Shown one piece after another: positions 40,172 through 53,600 of a stretch of DNA of 64,000 bases. A program made the position numbers and the translations under genes. Source of the DNA: Paraspadella gotoi (lineage: Eukaryota > Animalia > Chaetognatha). Under the pieces are notes generated by a model that searched no databases, was not told the DNA's origin, and saw only the letters and a program-made list of their open reading frames with translations. Every line of letters starts with the position of its first letter. Position 1 is the first letter of the stretch. The stretch lies in NCBI GenBank assembly GCA_051294375.1, contig CM119265.1, positions 21,886,278 through 21,950,277 on the forward strand, written 5' to 3'.

Positions 40172-41472
40172 AAAAATAAAAACATCCCTTATATACCGAA
40201 TTCAAGAACGTTTCTCTGGCCTCAGAAAAAAATATAATATTTCAAAAAAAGACCCCGCGCGGAACTTTTTAACATTTTCATTGTGTGCTCGAAAAATTAA
40301 GACCAAAACAAACTCGGCTTCAACTCCTAAGTCATAAATCGTTCGTCTTAATAACCGGTGGAATTTAAAGGCTCCGTATATGCCCTCCCCTTCTCGCCGC
40401 ATCGCCCCTCCCCCCCTCCCCCTCAACCTCTTTCCCCTGTTCTCGCTCTCTCTCGTCGTTCGAACTCCTTTCCTTATTTAGAATCAGAAAATAAATATTT
40501 AACGATTAACTGGAGGCGAAAACCGAAGTAGAGCAGGCGTTAGCGTTTGGGTATTTTTTCTTCGAAATTTATGACAAATGTACGTAGTTTATCACGAACC
40601 CTACTTTTCTTTGATTGATTACAATTTTTTTTTTTTTTTTTGAATAGCATGACTTTGATACGTAACTAAAAATTAAATGCTGCGAGCTGGAAAGATTCTT
40701 CGAACGATTATGACATGCTCTAGAGTATATTACAGTTAGATATTCGGTTCATAGCTAAAAAGAAGGTTCTAATTGCTAAGTACTTATCACCAATCACTTT
40801 TTCTTTCCTCGGAGAAAAATTAAACTTTCACACGTACAATTTGTCTCGACAATTATCATTCCCGGTTTACCTAAACACTAAATGTTCTCTTTCCCCTTTC
40901 CCCCTTTCCCCTTCTTCCCCATCCTCCATGACACCCACCTTCCCCATCCTCCATGACCCCACCCTACAGAAAAGAAAGAATCCCACCTGATCCTCCGCGT
41001 CTTCGAATCCTGGTTCTCCACTTCCTTCGGCGAATGTCCCGTCAGCTACGAATGGACCAAACTCTCCGACATTTATTGGCCCCGTTGGGTCAGGAAGGGC
41101 ACCTGTTCCTCCTCCTCTTCCTCCTTTTCCTCCCCCCTCTCTCCCTCCTCGCGCCTCTACGACGCGACGAGTCCTACTCCCCGCTCTCCTTCGCTCTCCC
41201 CACCCGCAGTCTCAGCAGCTGCAGCAGGAGTCGCCGCATCTGGCCTGGGCGCGGGAGCTGGAATCCAGCTGTTCCTGGCCGCCAGGGATGCGGTGCCGCC
41301 CTCGCGGGAGAAGAAGACGTTGAAAATTCTTAGGTGGCACTGCCAGCGGCGTTTGGCGCGCCGGAAGTCGGCGTCGGCGGCGCCGGGAACATTTAGGCGC
41401 CGGACGAAGATGCGTTGCCGATGGGTGAAGGTGCCGTACTTGGTCACGGATGACTGCGAATGTGGATTGTGA
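34625..41472 (+). CDS. nog: Noggin-like secreted cystine-knot protein, copy A (putative exons 34625-35430, 37477-38248, 40970-41472; frameshifted by apparent sequencing indels)
   Basis: Exon 1 begins with a signal peptide (MASFLFHAVLLLIGACFISWVST) and ends at ATG|GTGAGA. Exon 2 (CAACAG|) contains SPKKQHLKRRKLL..QMSDDFDAAWMA, which resembles Noggin [25 protein letters not shown]. Exon 3 (CTACAG|) contains CPVSYEWTKLSDIYWPRWVRKGTC...SCSWPPGMRC...LRWHC...CRWVKVPYLVTDDCECGL*. Linking exon 1 to this gene is inferred. Confidence 0.8.
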
Positions 41473-42995
41473 AAAAGAAAAAGTGTTTTTAAATCGGGTA
41501 ATATGTGAGTAGAAAAGAAAGTTCCAATAAGCCAATTTATTTTTTTTTTAAATATCGACGACGATTGACTTTTCGTTTAGTTTGATTTCTCATTTTAACT
41601 TGAAAACAATTTCAAAGATCTTTAGGATTTGCAAGTGCCAACTATGTTTGAATTAAGTTTCGAATTTACAATGGAGCAAGACTTATAAGTGCAAATCAAA
41701 ACCTGAAAGCAAAAGAAAAAAATAAAAGATAATTTTGATAATTTTTATTTTTAATCGTAATCGATTGAGAATCGGTCCAAAAATTTTTTCCGCTAAATTC
41801 AAACAGTTTTTACTTGTAAATCACTCTATGGAACGAGATTTAACTTTAAATGTGAAATGAAACGAAACGAAAAGTCGATAAAAACTAAATGAGCGTATTA
41901 GAGCTTCCTATTCTAACTATGGGTGCATTGTATGGACTATGGATCAGTGCAGAGCGAACGATGTTGTGAGTAATAGACTATTTCATTAGTCTTCAAAAGC
42001 CTGGAGTGATGGAGTATGGATGATTGAATTACCTTTTTAACAAATTAAACTTTTCTACTTTGGGCAATTTTATTTAAAACAGTCCTTGTACTCCCTGTAA
42101 TTTTACTTTCGTTGCGTATGTCCATAAATGAATATCACAATGCCATTTTCCTTGCAATTTATTTCATCATTGTAATTTGTATTGAAACAAATCGGTTTAG
42201 CTCTTTGTCAAAATCCTTAATTCCGCATTATGTACGTACCTAAGTCAAAGCGCTATCTTTCTAAGATCCCAAGGCTACAAAGTATTCCAACTTCTGCCAG
42301 TTGTTTTGACAAAGATCCTTTACATAAATACCATCATTGTTTTTAATACTTTAGTAAGATTTACCTTTTCTGACAACATGTAGACGACCACATCCAGACA
42401 ATGTTATTTATGATACATTTTCGCACTCTAGTTAACTTTACTTTTGAATCATTTACAGTTTAAAAGTGCAACATTGACGTTTCAAGTCTGCATTAGTCGA
42501 ACTCGTGCCATCCGGATTTTTTCTCCGATAACGTTAGAAATTTTCTTTTGTTTTTGTTTACCGAAATAACACGTTTCCTATTTTCACAGGGATTGCTTAC
42601 CACGAGTAGTGTTTTTGTTTTTTTCATTCTCTCCTGCTGGGAACATTTTTATTGTTTTTATTGTAATCGATATAATATTTTGTCCTTTTCGATGTAACTC
42701 AATTCTTAAAATGCACGTAGCCTAGAAAATTGTTTTTTAATGGATGTAATTAATCGTTGTACATATATTATATAAAGTCACCAATAAGCTTAGTTTATTT
42801 AAAAAAATATGCTTAAAGAGAATCTAGTACATACGAACAACATGAACAACATAGAATTAATGCCCTGGTGAAAAGCGATGGAAATTGGACAATGATGATA
42901 CTCGTAACTACAAATCAATCAAACATTTGAACGATATGGTTTACATTAAATGGGTACAAACTATATAAAAAAATTATTCATTCATTCAATAAACA

Positions 42996-43316
42996 CGAGG
43001 GGGGGAGGAAATGTGAAAGAGAAGCGAGAGTCAAAACTTGAAAGATGAATGAAAGATGAGTCCGTTATTGTTCTAATCTACTTCAATCGAAACAAAGAAA
43101 GGAAATAATTAATTTAAAAATGTGATTCGGTTCTCGTAACGAGTAATCGAAATGAAATCGATTCTTATTCGCAGAAAATAAAATAAATATTTGGCGCGTG
43201 AAAAGACGAAGGGATTTTCGGTTTTGGGTCTTGAGAAGGGAGATCAATCGCCGGTACATTGGAGAGTCAGAAATACAAGAAGAGATAAGAGAGAATTCAT
43301 CTCTGTCTCACTCTAA

Positions 43317-43360
<44 letters not shown>

Positions 43361-44415
43361 GGCTTTTTATCAGTTTTCTTGTTTTTATTTGTAAATAAAT
43401 AGTTTTTATATTTTTACCACGCAGAAAGACGCATCCGATAAGAACACCTGCTGATATTTTCCCTTCTAATTTTCTCTCACAAAGAACACGTTGATTTGGT
43501 TTAGATTTCCCTTTTTTTTTTAAACTCAGATGATGGAGGATGGATCTTTTGTTTAATCCGTTTCTTTGAAATATTTCCATCGTTAAATATCCTGATTAAT
43601 GCATGTAAATATACTTTAATATTTCTCTGTTTGACTTTAAACATATCGAAGAAAGACTTTTACAATTCTACTCCGCTCTTTCTATTTTTCACAAATGTTC
43701 TTTTGCGTAACGTGCTATGACATCTGTAAAAAGATAAATAATTGAAATATTGGGCTCCAAACGAGATGGCGTTTGAAAAATAAAATTGAAGGAAAGAAAT
43801 AAAAGAAAAGAGAATGGAAGAATGAAAGAAAGAAAGAAATATTAAATTTAAAAAAAAAAAAAAAGAAATAAACCAAATTATATCGCCCACCAAATTTTTA
43901 TTTTTTTTACCTAAACCTATTTCATATAAAAGAGAGAAAAAAACTTTTATTAGCCCTCCTCGCCTTGAGCTTCTTCATCACAAAAAAAAATATAATTTNN
44001 NNNNNNNNCCAAATTTTTATTTTTATTACCTAAACCTATTTCATATAAAAGAGAGAAAAAAACTTTTATTAGCCCTCTCGCCTTGAGCTTCTTCATCACG
44101 AAAAAAAATATAATTTATTTTCTTCTTTTTTTATAAAATCNNNNNNNNNNNNNNNNNNNNNNNNNNNNNNNNNNNNNNNNNNNNNNNNNNNNNNNNNNNN
44201 NNNNNNNNNNNNNNNNNNNNNNNNNNNNNNNNNNNNNNNNNNNNNNNNNNNNNNNNNNNNNNNNNNNNNNNNNNNNNNNNNNNNNNNNNNNNNNNNNNCT
44301 CTCTCTCTCCCTCTCTCACGTCTTTCTTTCCTTTTTTTCCCTCAACCACCTTTTAGATTTTTGAATTTCCTTCTTTTTTAATCTAAAATCTCCCAACTTT
44401 TCTTCGATTGCCGCT
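42996..44415 (+). repeat. Direct re-copy of 35628-36817 (with internal gaps)
   Basis: It starts CGAGGGGGGGAGGAAATGTGAAAG as at 35628 and ends GATTGCCGCT as at 36817. Identical 66-aa ORFs occur at 35829 and 43198. Confidence 0.92.
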
Positions 44416-47239
44416 TGTTTATTGAATGAATGAATAATTTTTTTATATAGTTTGTACCCATTTAATGTAAACCATATCGTTCAAATGTTTGATTGATTTG
44501 TAGTTACGAGTATCATCATTGTCCAATTTCCATCGCTTTTCACCAGGGCATTAATTCTATGTTGTTCATGTTGTTCGTATGTACTAGATTCTCTTTAAGC
44601 ATATTTTTTTAAATAAACTAAGCTTATTGGTGACTTTATATAATATATGTACAACGATTAATTACATCCATTAAAAAACAATTTTCTAGGCTACGTGCAT
44701 TTTAAGAATTGAGTTACATCGAAAAGGACAAAATATTATATCGATTACAATAAAAACAATAAAAATGTTCCCAGCAGGAGAGAATGAAAAAAACAAAAAC
44801 ACTACTCGTGGTAAGCAATCCCTGTGAAAATAGGAAACGTGTTATTTCGGTAAACAAAAACAAAAGAAAATTTCTAACGTTATCGGAGAAAAAATCCGGA
44901 TGGCACGAGTTCGACTAATGCAGACTTGAAACGTCAATGTTGCACTTTTAAACTGTAAATGATTCAAAAGTAAAGTTAACTAGAGTGCGAAAATGTATCA
45001 TAAATAACATTGTCTGGATGTGGTCGTCTACATGTTGTCAGAAAAGGTAAATCTTACTAAAGTATTAAAAACAATGATGGTATTTATGTAAAGGATCTTT
45101 GTCAAAACAACTGGCAGAAGTTGGAATACTTTGTAGCCTTGGGATCTTAGAAAGATAGCGCTTTGACTTAGGTACGTACATAATGCGGAATTAAGGATTT
45201 TGACAAAGAGCTAAACCGATTTGTTTCAATACAAATTACAATGATGAAATAAATTGCAAGGAAAATGGCATTGTGATATTCATTTATGGACATACGCAAC
45301 GAAAGTAAAATTACAGGGAGTACAAGGACTGTTTTAAATAAAATTGCCCAAAGTAGAAAAGTTTAATTTGTTAAAAAGGTAATTCAATCATCCATACTCC
45401 ATCACTCCAGGCTTTTGAAGACTAATGAAATAGTCTATTACTCACAACATCGTTCGCTCTGCACTGATCCATAGTCCATACAATGCACCCATAGTTAGAA
45501 TAGGAAGCTCTAATACGCTCATTTAGTTTTTATCGACTTTTCGTTTCGTTTCATTTCACATTTAAAGTTAAATCTCGTTCCATAGAGTGATTTACAAGTA
45601 AAAACTGTTTGAATTTAGCGGAAAAAATTTTTGGACCGATTCTCAATCGATTACGATTAAAAATAAAAATTATCAAAATTATCTTTTATTTTTTTCTTTT
45701 GCTTTCAGGTTTTGATTTGCACTTATAAGTCTTGCTCCATTGTAAATTCGAAACTTAATTCAAACATAGTTGGCACTTGCAAATCCTAAAGATCTTTGAA
45801 ATTGTTTTCAAGTTAAAATGAGAAATCAAACTAAACGAAAAGTCAATCGTCGTCGATATTTAAAAAAAAAATAAATTGGCTTATTGGAACTTTCTTTTCT
45901 ACTCACATATTACCCGATTTAAAAACACTTTTTCTTTTTCACAATCCACATTCGCAGTCATCCGTGACCAAGTACGGCACCTTCACCCATCGGCAACGCA
46001 TCTTCGTCCGGCGCCTAAATGTTCCCGGCGCCGCCGACGCCGACTTCCGGCGCGCCAAACGCCGCTGGCAGTGCCACCTAAGAATTTTCAACGTCTTCTT
46101 CTCCCGCGAGGGCGGCACCGCATCCCTGGCGGCCAGGAACAGCTGGATTCCAGCTCCCGCGCCCAGGCCAGATGCGGCGACTCCTGCTGCAGCTGCTGAG
46201 ACTGCGGGTGGGGAGAGCGAAGGAGAGCGGGGAGTAGGACTCGTCGCGTCGTAGAGGCGCGAGGAGGGAGAGAGGGGGGAGGAAAAGGAGGAAGAGGAGG
46301 AGGAACAGGTGCCCTTCCTGACCCAACGGGGCCAATAAATGTCGGAGAGTTTGGTCCATTCGTAGCTGACGGGACATTCGCCGAAGGAAGTGGAGAACCA
46401 GGATTCGAAGACGCGGAGGATCAGGTGGGATTCTTTCTTTTCTGTAGGGTGGGGTCATGGAGGATGGGGAAGGTGGGTGTCATGGAGGATGGGGAAGAAG
46501 GGGAAAGGGGGAAAGGGGAAAGAGAACATTTAGTGTTTAGGTAAACCGGGAATGATAATTGTCGAGACAAATTGTACGTGTGAAAGTTTAATTTTTCTCC
46601 GAGGAAAGAAAAAGTGATTGGTGATAAGTACTTAGCAATTAGAACCTTCTTTTTAGCTATGAACCGAATATCTAACTGTAATATACTCTAGAGCATGTCA
46701 TAATCGTTCGAAGAATCTTTCCAGCTCGCAGCATTTAATTTTTAGTTACGTATCAAAGTCATGCTATTCAAAAAAAAAAAAAAAAATTGTAATCAATCAA
46801 AGAAAAGTAGGGTTCGTGATAAACTACGTACATTTGTCATAAATTTCGAAGAAAAAATACCCAAACGCTAACGCCTGCTCTACTTCGGTTTTCGCCTCCA
46901 GTTAATCGTTAAATATTTATTTTCTGATTCTAAATAAGGAAAGGAGTTCGAACGACGAGAGAGAGCGAGAACAGGGGAAAGAGGTTGAGGGGGAGGGGGG
47001 GAGGGGCGATGCGGCGAGAAGGGGAGGGCATATACGGAGCCTTTAAATTCCACCGGTTATTAAGACGAACGATTTATGACTTAGGAGTTGAAGCCGAGTT
47101 TGTTTTGGTCTTAATTTTTCGAGCACACAATGAAAATGTTAAAAAGTTCCGCGCGGGGTCTTTTTTTGAAATATTATATTTTTTTCTGAGGCCAGAGAAA
47201 CGTTCTTGAATTCGGTATATAAGGGATGTTTTTATTTTT

Positions 47240-47287
<48 letters not shown>

Positions 47288-50200
47288 CGAGGTGAATAGG
47301 TAAAGAAAATAAGCGGGGGGGGGGGGGAGAAGAGAGAGAAAAAGAAATGAGAAAGAGAAATAGAGAAGTTTTTTGTTTTATGAAATTCTCTCTCTCTCCC
47401 TTTCACTCTCTTTGCGTCGAACCTTGAAAGCTGGTACGAGTTCCCTGATTTTTCGCCATTAAGGCGATGGTTTCAATCAGCAACGAGTTTCGAGTCTGGC
47501 GATCTAGATTTTTTTCTTTCTCTCTTGCGAGGCTTTGATCGTGATTAGGGGGAGAGACGTTTCCTTTTTGGTCGAAGTGTTGATCGCGAGAAGGGATTTC
47601 CTTTTTTTGATAGTTTGTTTTTATAAGAAAAGATCGAATATGAAGGGGAGGGGTTAATTAAAGTCGAAACAAAAGGTCATAAAGAGGTTCCTGATAATGT
47701 AATATATAGTAAAAATTAACTGGAATTAATTAAAATTAAACAAGAACGAAAATGTTATGTTGCGCCGCAGTGACTTTGTTATCCCGTAAATTTTCTACAC
47801 GTACTGCATTGAAATAACGTCTTTAATATACAACCTTTTATCTGGTTGCTCTTTGATGTAAAATATCATGAAATAGATTCTTTTGTCACCATCTTAAGTG
47901 CCATTGTTTCACTCTTATGGTAATGTTAAAATAATTCGCATGGAAGTCGTTATAAAAAAGGGTTAATTATCAATAATACAAGTGACTTCCTTTTCGTGAA
48001 AACCTCAATCACGAATCGCCTGGATCTGTGAAAGTGGCGATCATCGGTGATTGGCGCACGAGGGGAAAGCGAAAGTTAAGAAGCGGAATGACGAGGCTAC
48101 GTGTGATGATTTCTGGAGGGGAAGGAGAGGGTGAGAAGCGGCGGGAGTGAAAGAAGCGGTGGTGAAAGCAGATGTGCCCCATCGCTGGGGCTGGTGTGAA
48201 CGCAAGAAAGTTAGAGAACTCACGGAGAGGGGAAAAGAGGGCGGGGGGGGGGAGAGTCCTCGCCTCTTTCCTTCTCGGAGGTAAAACATTTCGTGTTGAC
48301 AGAGACAACAAAGTCGACATCGAAATTCCGCTGCTGGTGTTAACATTTTTTTTTCCGGACCACCCGATGTACTATAACCTTTCACGATAATGAAAAACGA
48401 GCCTCGTAGCATGAATTTATTGATAATGACGGTGTATATAGAATTCTTACTTTATTATTTTTATGTCTTATAAAAGTTATCTCAACGAATTCGTTATTCC
48501 TGTCGTGAAAAATAACTTAATTTTTTAGATATATCGCGGAAATTTATTTTTATTTTTTTGGCAGAGGCGCGGAAAGAAAGTTGCTCAAAAGTTTTTGAAT
48601 CGTTATCTTCGTCGAAAAAAAAATTACTCGATTTCCTGCCAAAGAGAAAAAAAAATTAGCTAACTGAATGGGCCTATAGGCTGAATGGCCTTATATTCAC
48701 CTGAATGGACTTATCAGCTCTTTTATCAGTTCTGGATGGCCTCATCAACCCCCCTATTTCAAATACAAAGCGTAAGAAATTTTTTTTGATACTATTTTCG
48801 TTTCGCTATAATTGACCGTCTTCGTACGATAACAAAAAAAAAAATTGTTTAATTTTTATCCCTGATTCATGATAGCTGCCTTAGTGCCTTCCGATTCACA
48901 TAACTATTACTCGAACCTTTCCGCTGCAATTTTCACGGGGTTCAAGGAGAAAAGGCACTCACATTCGTTCGGATCTCGGGGTCTGTTTTCACCGAATCGC
49001 CCTCGTTTCATCGAATGACTCATTCTGTTTCAAATTGCCTCCTTTTGTCAAAATTGAATTTCCTTCAGCCAAAAGAACAATCTTCAATTCTTTCCCCTCC
49101 TCCCCAACTTCCTAAGTCTACACCCTCACCACCTACCCCCGAAACTCCCCCCACCTTCTCACCTGGATTGAGCCTTCCTCCCTCAACTTCTTTCTCAATG
49201 ACGCCGTCAACTTCTCGGCGCCACTTTTGGCGCCAAAACCTTTTCCCTTCCTTTGGGTTTCGACAACGCCGGCGCTGGTTCGGCGCGGTTGGCGTGGCCG
49301 CCGCCATCCAAGCGGCGTCGAAGTCGTCGCTCATTTGACCGTAGCAACTTGCGGCGTTTGAGATGCTGTTTCTTCGGGGAAAAGCTGAAAGCGGCGTCGT
49401 CTTCCGGACGATCGTCGGCGTCGTTCTCGTCGTCCTTCGAAAGTCGTTTTCGTCTTCGTCCATCGTCGTCTTCAATCTTCGTCGTTGTCGTTTTCTTCGT
49501 CGGCTTTGACCTCTTGCGTCAAATTCCTCGCCATGTCTTCGCTGAGCGCCATCTTCGGCCACTTTCGGTCAAGCTCGGACGCAAAAACGTCATCTCCTGA
49601 CCACGCCCAGATACTCTGCGGCGGTGCGGGCCACGCCGGCCGTCCCGGCCGAGCCCACATCGCTCGTCCCATCGAGTGTTGCTGCATTCGGCGCCGCAAC
49701 TCGTCCTGTCGCAGCCGCAGAGCAGGAAAGTCGCCGAACCGCTGCCGCCCACTGTCGCCAATCACGTAAGTGAGGCGGCGGGGAAGCGGCGGAGGCGGAG
49801 TGGTGGGCGGCTGGCGAGATTCGGCAGGGCGGACACCCGATCGGCACTGGACCTTTATGGCCCGAATGGATCGGCGGCCGCGTGGGTTCGTGGTCGAATC
49901 TTCGTAAGGATTTTGTCTTTCGTCAGTTTTTTCGCTGTTGAAAAACAAAGGAACAAAAATTTGTTAATTTCAGTCGTTTAAATATAATTATATTTAATAA
50001 TTATATAATTATATAATATTATATAAACAACGTTTTTGATCGCTATTTGCGAGAAAATCACGTGAAAATCAATCCCTCTGCTTTCCCCTGGCCTTCGGTT
50101 TCCGAAATACAAAGAAAGTTAAAGGAGTGGGGGAAAAAGGGAAAAGAAAATTACAAAAAAAATAGAAATAGAGAATTCTATCCGCGGAAAATAATTAAAA

Positions 50201-50593
50201 GGGTTAGTGACTCCGATTTTATTCCTTCTTTTTCATTTCGATTTTTTTGTACTAAAAAAAAAAACCCAGAGAAATCCTGAGTTCGAGGCGCGAGTGAATT
50301 AAAAGATATTGGGTCCGAGTGGAAAGCGGGGGGAGGCCCGGTAGGGGGGTGGTTGATGAAAACTAGGGGTGGAAATAAGGGTGGGGGGGCGGGACGTGGT
50401 TCGATGTATGGAGAAAGTTGGAGAAGGGATTTTGACGGAAGGGGAGGGAGAGGAAAAAAAGGGAGAGGAGAGAGAGAGGGTGAAAGGGAGAGGGAGAGAG
50501 AGAGGGGAAAAGGGAGAGGAGAGAGAGAGAGGAAAAGGAGAGGGAGAGAGAGAGGGGGAAAGGAGAGGGAGAGAGAGAGGGAAAGGGAGATGG
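44416..50593 (-). repeat. Exact 6178-bp inverted copy of 36818-42995
   Basis: Every ORF pair maps with a constant coordinate sum of 87411 (e.g. 37131..37364 vs 50047..50280; 41212..41535 vs 45876..46199) and identical translations, including the same frameshifts. Confidence 0.97.
45939..49934 (-). CDS. nog: Noggin-like exons 2-3, inverted copy B (49934-49163, 46441-45939); identical to copy A and probably artefactual
   Basis: Reverse complement of copy A exons 2 and 3, with the same frameshifts; no exon 1. Confidence 0.6.
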
Positions 50594-50618
50594 NNNNNNN
50601 NNNNNNNNNNNNNNNNNN

Positions 50619-53600
50619 GATTTCTCTGGGTTTTTTTTTTTAGTACAAAAAAATCGAAATGAAAAAGAAGGAATAAAATCGGAGTCACTAACCCTTTTAA
50701 TTATTTTCCGCGGATAGAATTCTCTATTTCTATTTTTTTGTAATTTTCTTTTCCCTTTTTCCCCCACTCCTTTAACTTTCTTTTGTATTTCGGAAACCGA
50801 AGGCCAGGGGAAAGCAGAGGGATTGATTTTCACGTGATTTTCTCGCAAATAGCGATCAAAACGTTGTTTATATAATATTATATAATTTATATAATTATAT
50901 AAATATAATTATATTTAACGACTGAAATTAACAAATTTGTGTTCCTTTGTTTTTCAACAGCGAAAAAACTGACGAAGACAAAATCCTTACGAAGATTCGA
51001 CCACGAACCCACGCGGCCGCCGATCCATTCGGGCCATAAAGGTCCAGTGCCCGATCGGGTGTCCGCNNNNNNNNNNCGATCCATTCGGGCCATAAAGGCC
51101 CAGTGCCCGATCGGGTGTCCGCCCTGCCCGAATCTCGCCAGCCGCCCACCACTCCGCCTCCGCCGCTTCCCCGCCGCCTCACTTACGTGATTGGCGACAG
51201 TGGGCGGCAGCGGTTCGGCGACTTTCCTGCTCTGCGGCTGCGACAGGACGAGTTGCGGCGCCGAATGCAGCAACACTCGATGGGACGAGCGATGTGGGCT
51301 CGGCCGGGACGGCCGGCGTGGCCCGCACCGCCGCAGAGTATGTGGGCGTGGTCAGGAGATGACGTTTTTGCGTCCGAGCTTGACCGAAAGTGGCCGAAGA
51401 TGGCGCTCAGCGAAGACATGGCGAGGAATTTGACGCAAGAGGTCAAAGCCGACGAAGAAAACGACAACGACGAAGATGAAGACGACGATGACGAAGACGA
51501 AAACGACTTCGAGGACGACGAGAACGACGCCGACGATCGTCCGGAAGACGACGCCGCTTTCAGCTTTTCCCCGAAGAAACAGCATCTCAAACGCCGCAAG
51601 TTGCTACGTCAAATGAGCGACGACTTCGACGCCGCTTGGATGGCGGCGGCCACGCCAACCGGCGCCGAACCAGCGCCGGCGTTGTCGAAACCCAAAGGAA
51701 GGGAAAAGTTTTGGCGCCAAAGTGGCGCCGAGAAGTTGACGGCGTCATTGAGGAAGAAGTTGAGGGAGGAAGGCTTCAATCCAGGTGAGAAGGTGGGGGG
51801 AGTTGCGGGGGTAGGTGGGTGAGGGGTGTAGACTTAGGAAGTTGGGGAGGAGGGGAAAGAATTGAAGATTGTTCTTTTGGCTGAAGGAAATTCAATTTGA
51901 CAAAAGGAGGCAATTTGAAACAGAATGAGTCATTCGATGAACGAGGGCGATTCGGTGAAAACAGACCCCGAGATCCGAACGAATGTGAGTGCCTTTTNNN
52001 NNNNNNNNNNNNNNNNNNNNNNNNNNNNNNNNNNNNNNNNNNNNNNNNNNNNNNNNNNNNNNNNNNNNNNNNNNNNNNNNNNNNNNNNNNNNNNNNNNNN
52101 NNNNNNNNNNNNNNNNNNNNNNNNNNNNNNNNNNNNNNNNNNNNNNNNNNNNNNNNNNNNNNNNNNNNNNNNNNNNNNNNNNNNNNNNNNNNNNNNNNNN
52201 NNNNNNNNNNNNNNNNNNNNNNNNNNNNNNNNNNNNNNNNNNNNNNNNNNNNNNNNNNNNNNNNNNNNNNNNNNNNNNNNNNNNNNNNNNNNNNNNNNNN
52301 NNNNNNNNNNNNNNNNNNNNNNNNNNNNNNNNNNNNNNNNNNNNNNNNNNNNNNNNNNNNNNNNNNNNNNNNNNNNNNNNNNNNNNNNNNNNNNNNNNNN
52401 NNNNNNNNNNNNNNNNNNNNNNNNNNNNNNNNNNNNNNNNNNNNNNNNNNNNNNNNNNNNNNNNNNNNNNNNNNNNNNNNNNNNNNNNNNNNNNNNNNNN
52501 NNNNNNNNNNNNNNNNNNNNNNNNNNNNNNNNNNNNNNNNNNNNNNNNNNNNNNNNNNNNNNNNNNNNNNNNNNNNNNNNNNNNNNNNNNNNNNNNNNNN
52601 NNNNNNNNNNNNNNNNNNNNNNNNNNNNNNNNNNNNNNNNNNNNNNNNCCGCCGCTTCTCACCCTCTCCTTCCCCTCCAGAAATCATCACACGTAGCCTC
52701 GTCATTCCGCTTCTTAACTTTCGCTTTCCCCTCGTGCGCCAATCACCGATGATCGCCACTTTCACAGATCCAGGCGATTCGTGATTGAGGTTTTCACGAA
52801 AAGGAAGTCACTTGTATTATTGATAATTAACCCTTTTTTATAACGACTTCCATGCGAATTATTTTAACATTACCATAAGAGTGAAACAATGGCACTTAAG
52901 ATGGTGACAAAAGAATCTATTTCATGATATTTTACATCAAAGAGCAACCAGATAAAAGGTTATATAATGTATATTAAAGACGTTATTTCAATGCAGTACG
53001 TGTAGAAAATTTACGGGATAACAAAGTCACTGCGGCGCAAAATAACATTTTCGTTCTTGTTTAATTTTAATTAATTCAAGTTAATTTTTACTATATATTG
53101 CATTATCAGGAACCTCCTTATGACCTTATGTTTCGACTTTAATTAACCCCTCCCCTTCATATTCGATCTTTTCTTATAAAAACAAACTATCAAAAAAAGG
53201 AAATCCCTTCTCGCGATCAACACTTCGACCAAAAAGGAAACGTCTCTCCCCCCTAATCACGATCAAAGCCTCGCAAGAGAGAAAGAAAAAAATCTAGATC
53301 GCCAGACTCGAAACTCGTTGCTGATTGAAACCATCGCCTTAATGGCGAAAAATCAGGGAACTCGTACCAGCTTTCAAGGTTCGACGCAAAGAGAGAGAAA
53401 GGGAGAGAGAGAGAATTTCATAAAACAAAATAATTCTTCTATTTCTCTTTCTCATTTTCTGTTTCTCTCTCTTTCTCCCCCCCCCCCCCGCTTATTTTCT
53501 TTCACCTATTCACCTCGGTTCTCTCTCTCTCTCTCTCTCGTCTCGTCTCTCTCTCTCTCTCTAAAAAATAAAAACATCCCTTATATACCCGAATTCAAGA

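Noticed and set aside
40970-41472. TGF-beta ligand, or a true noggin pseudogene in copy A
   Set aside because: Cys spacing and the WPRWV/LRWHC/VPYLV motifs are Noggin-type. The three lesions are single-base losses in C runs that are intact in copy C.
44416-50593. Giant palindrome as a real hairpin/dsRNA locus or TIR transposon capturing noggin
   Set aside because: The arms share the same apparent sequencing errors, end at a placeholder gap, and show no TSD or transposase. An artefact is more parsimonious.
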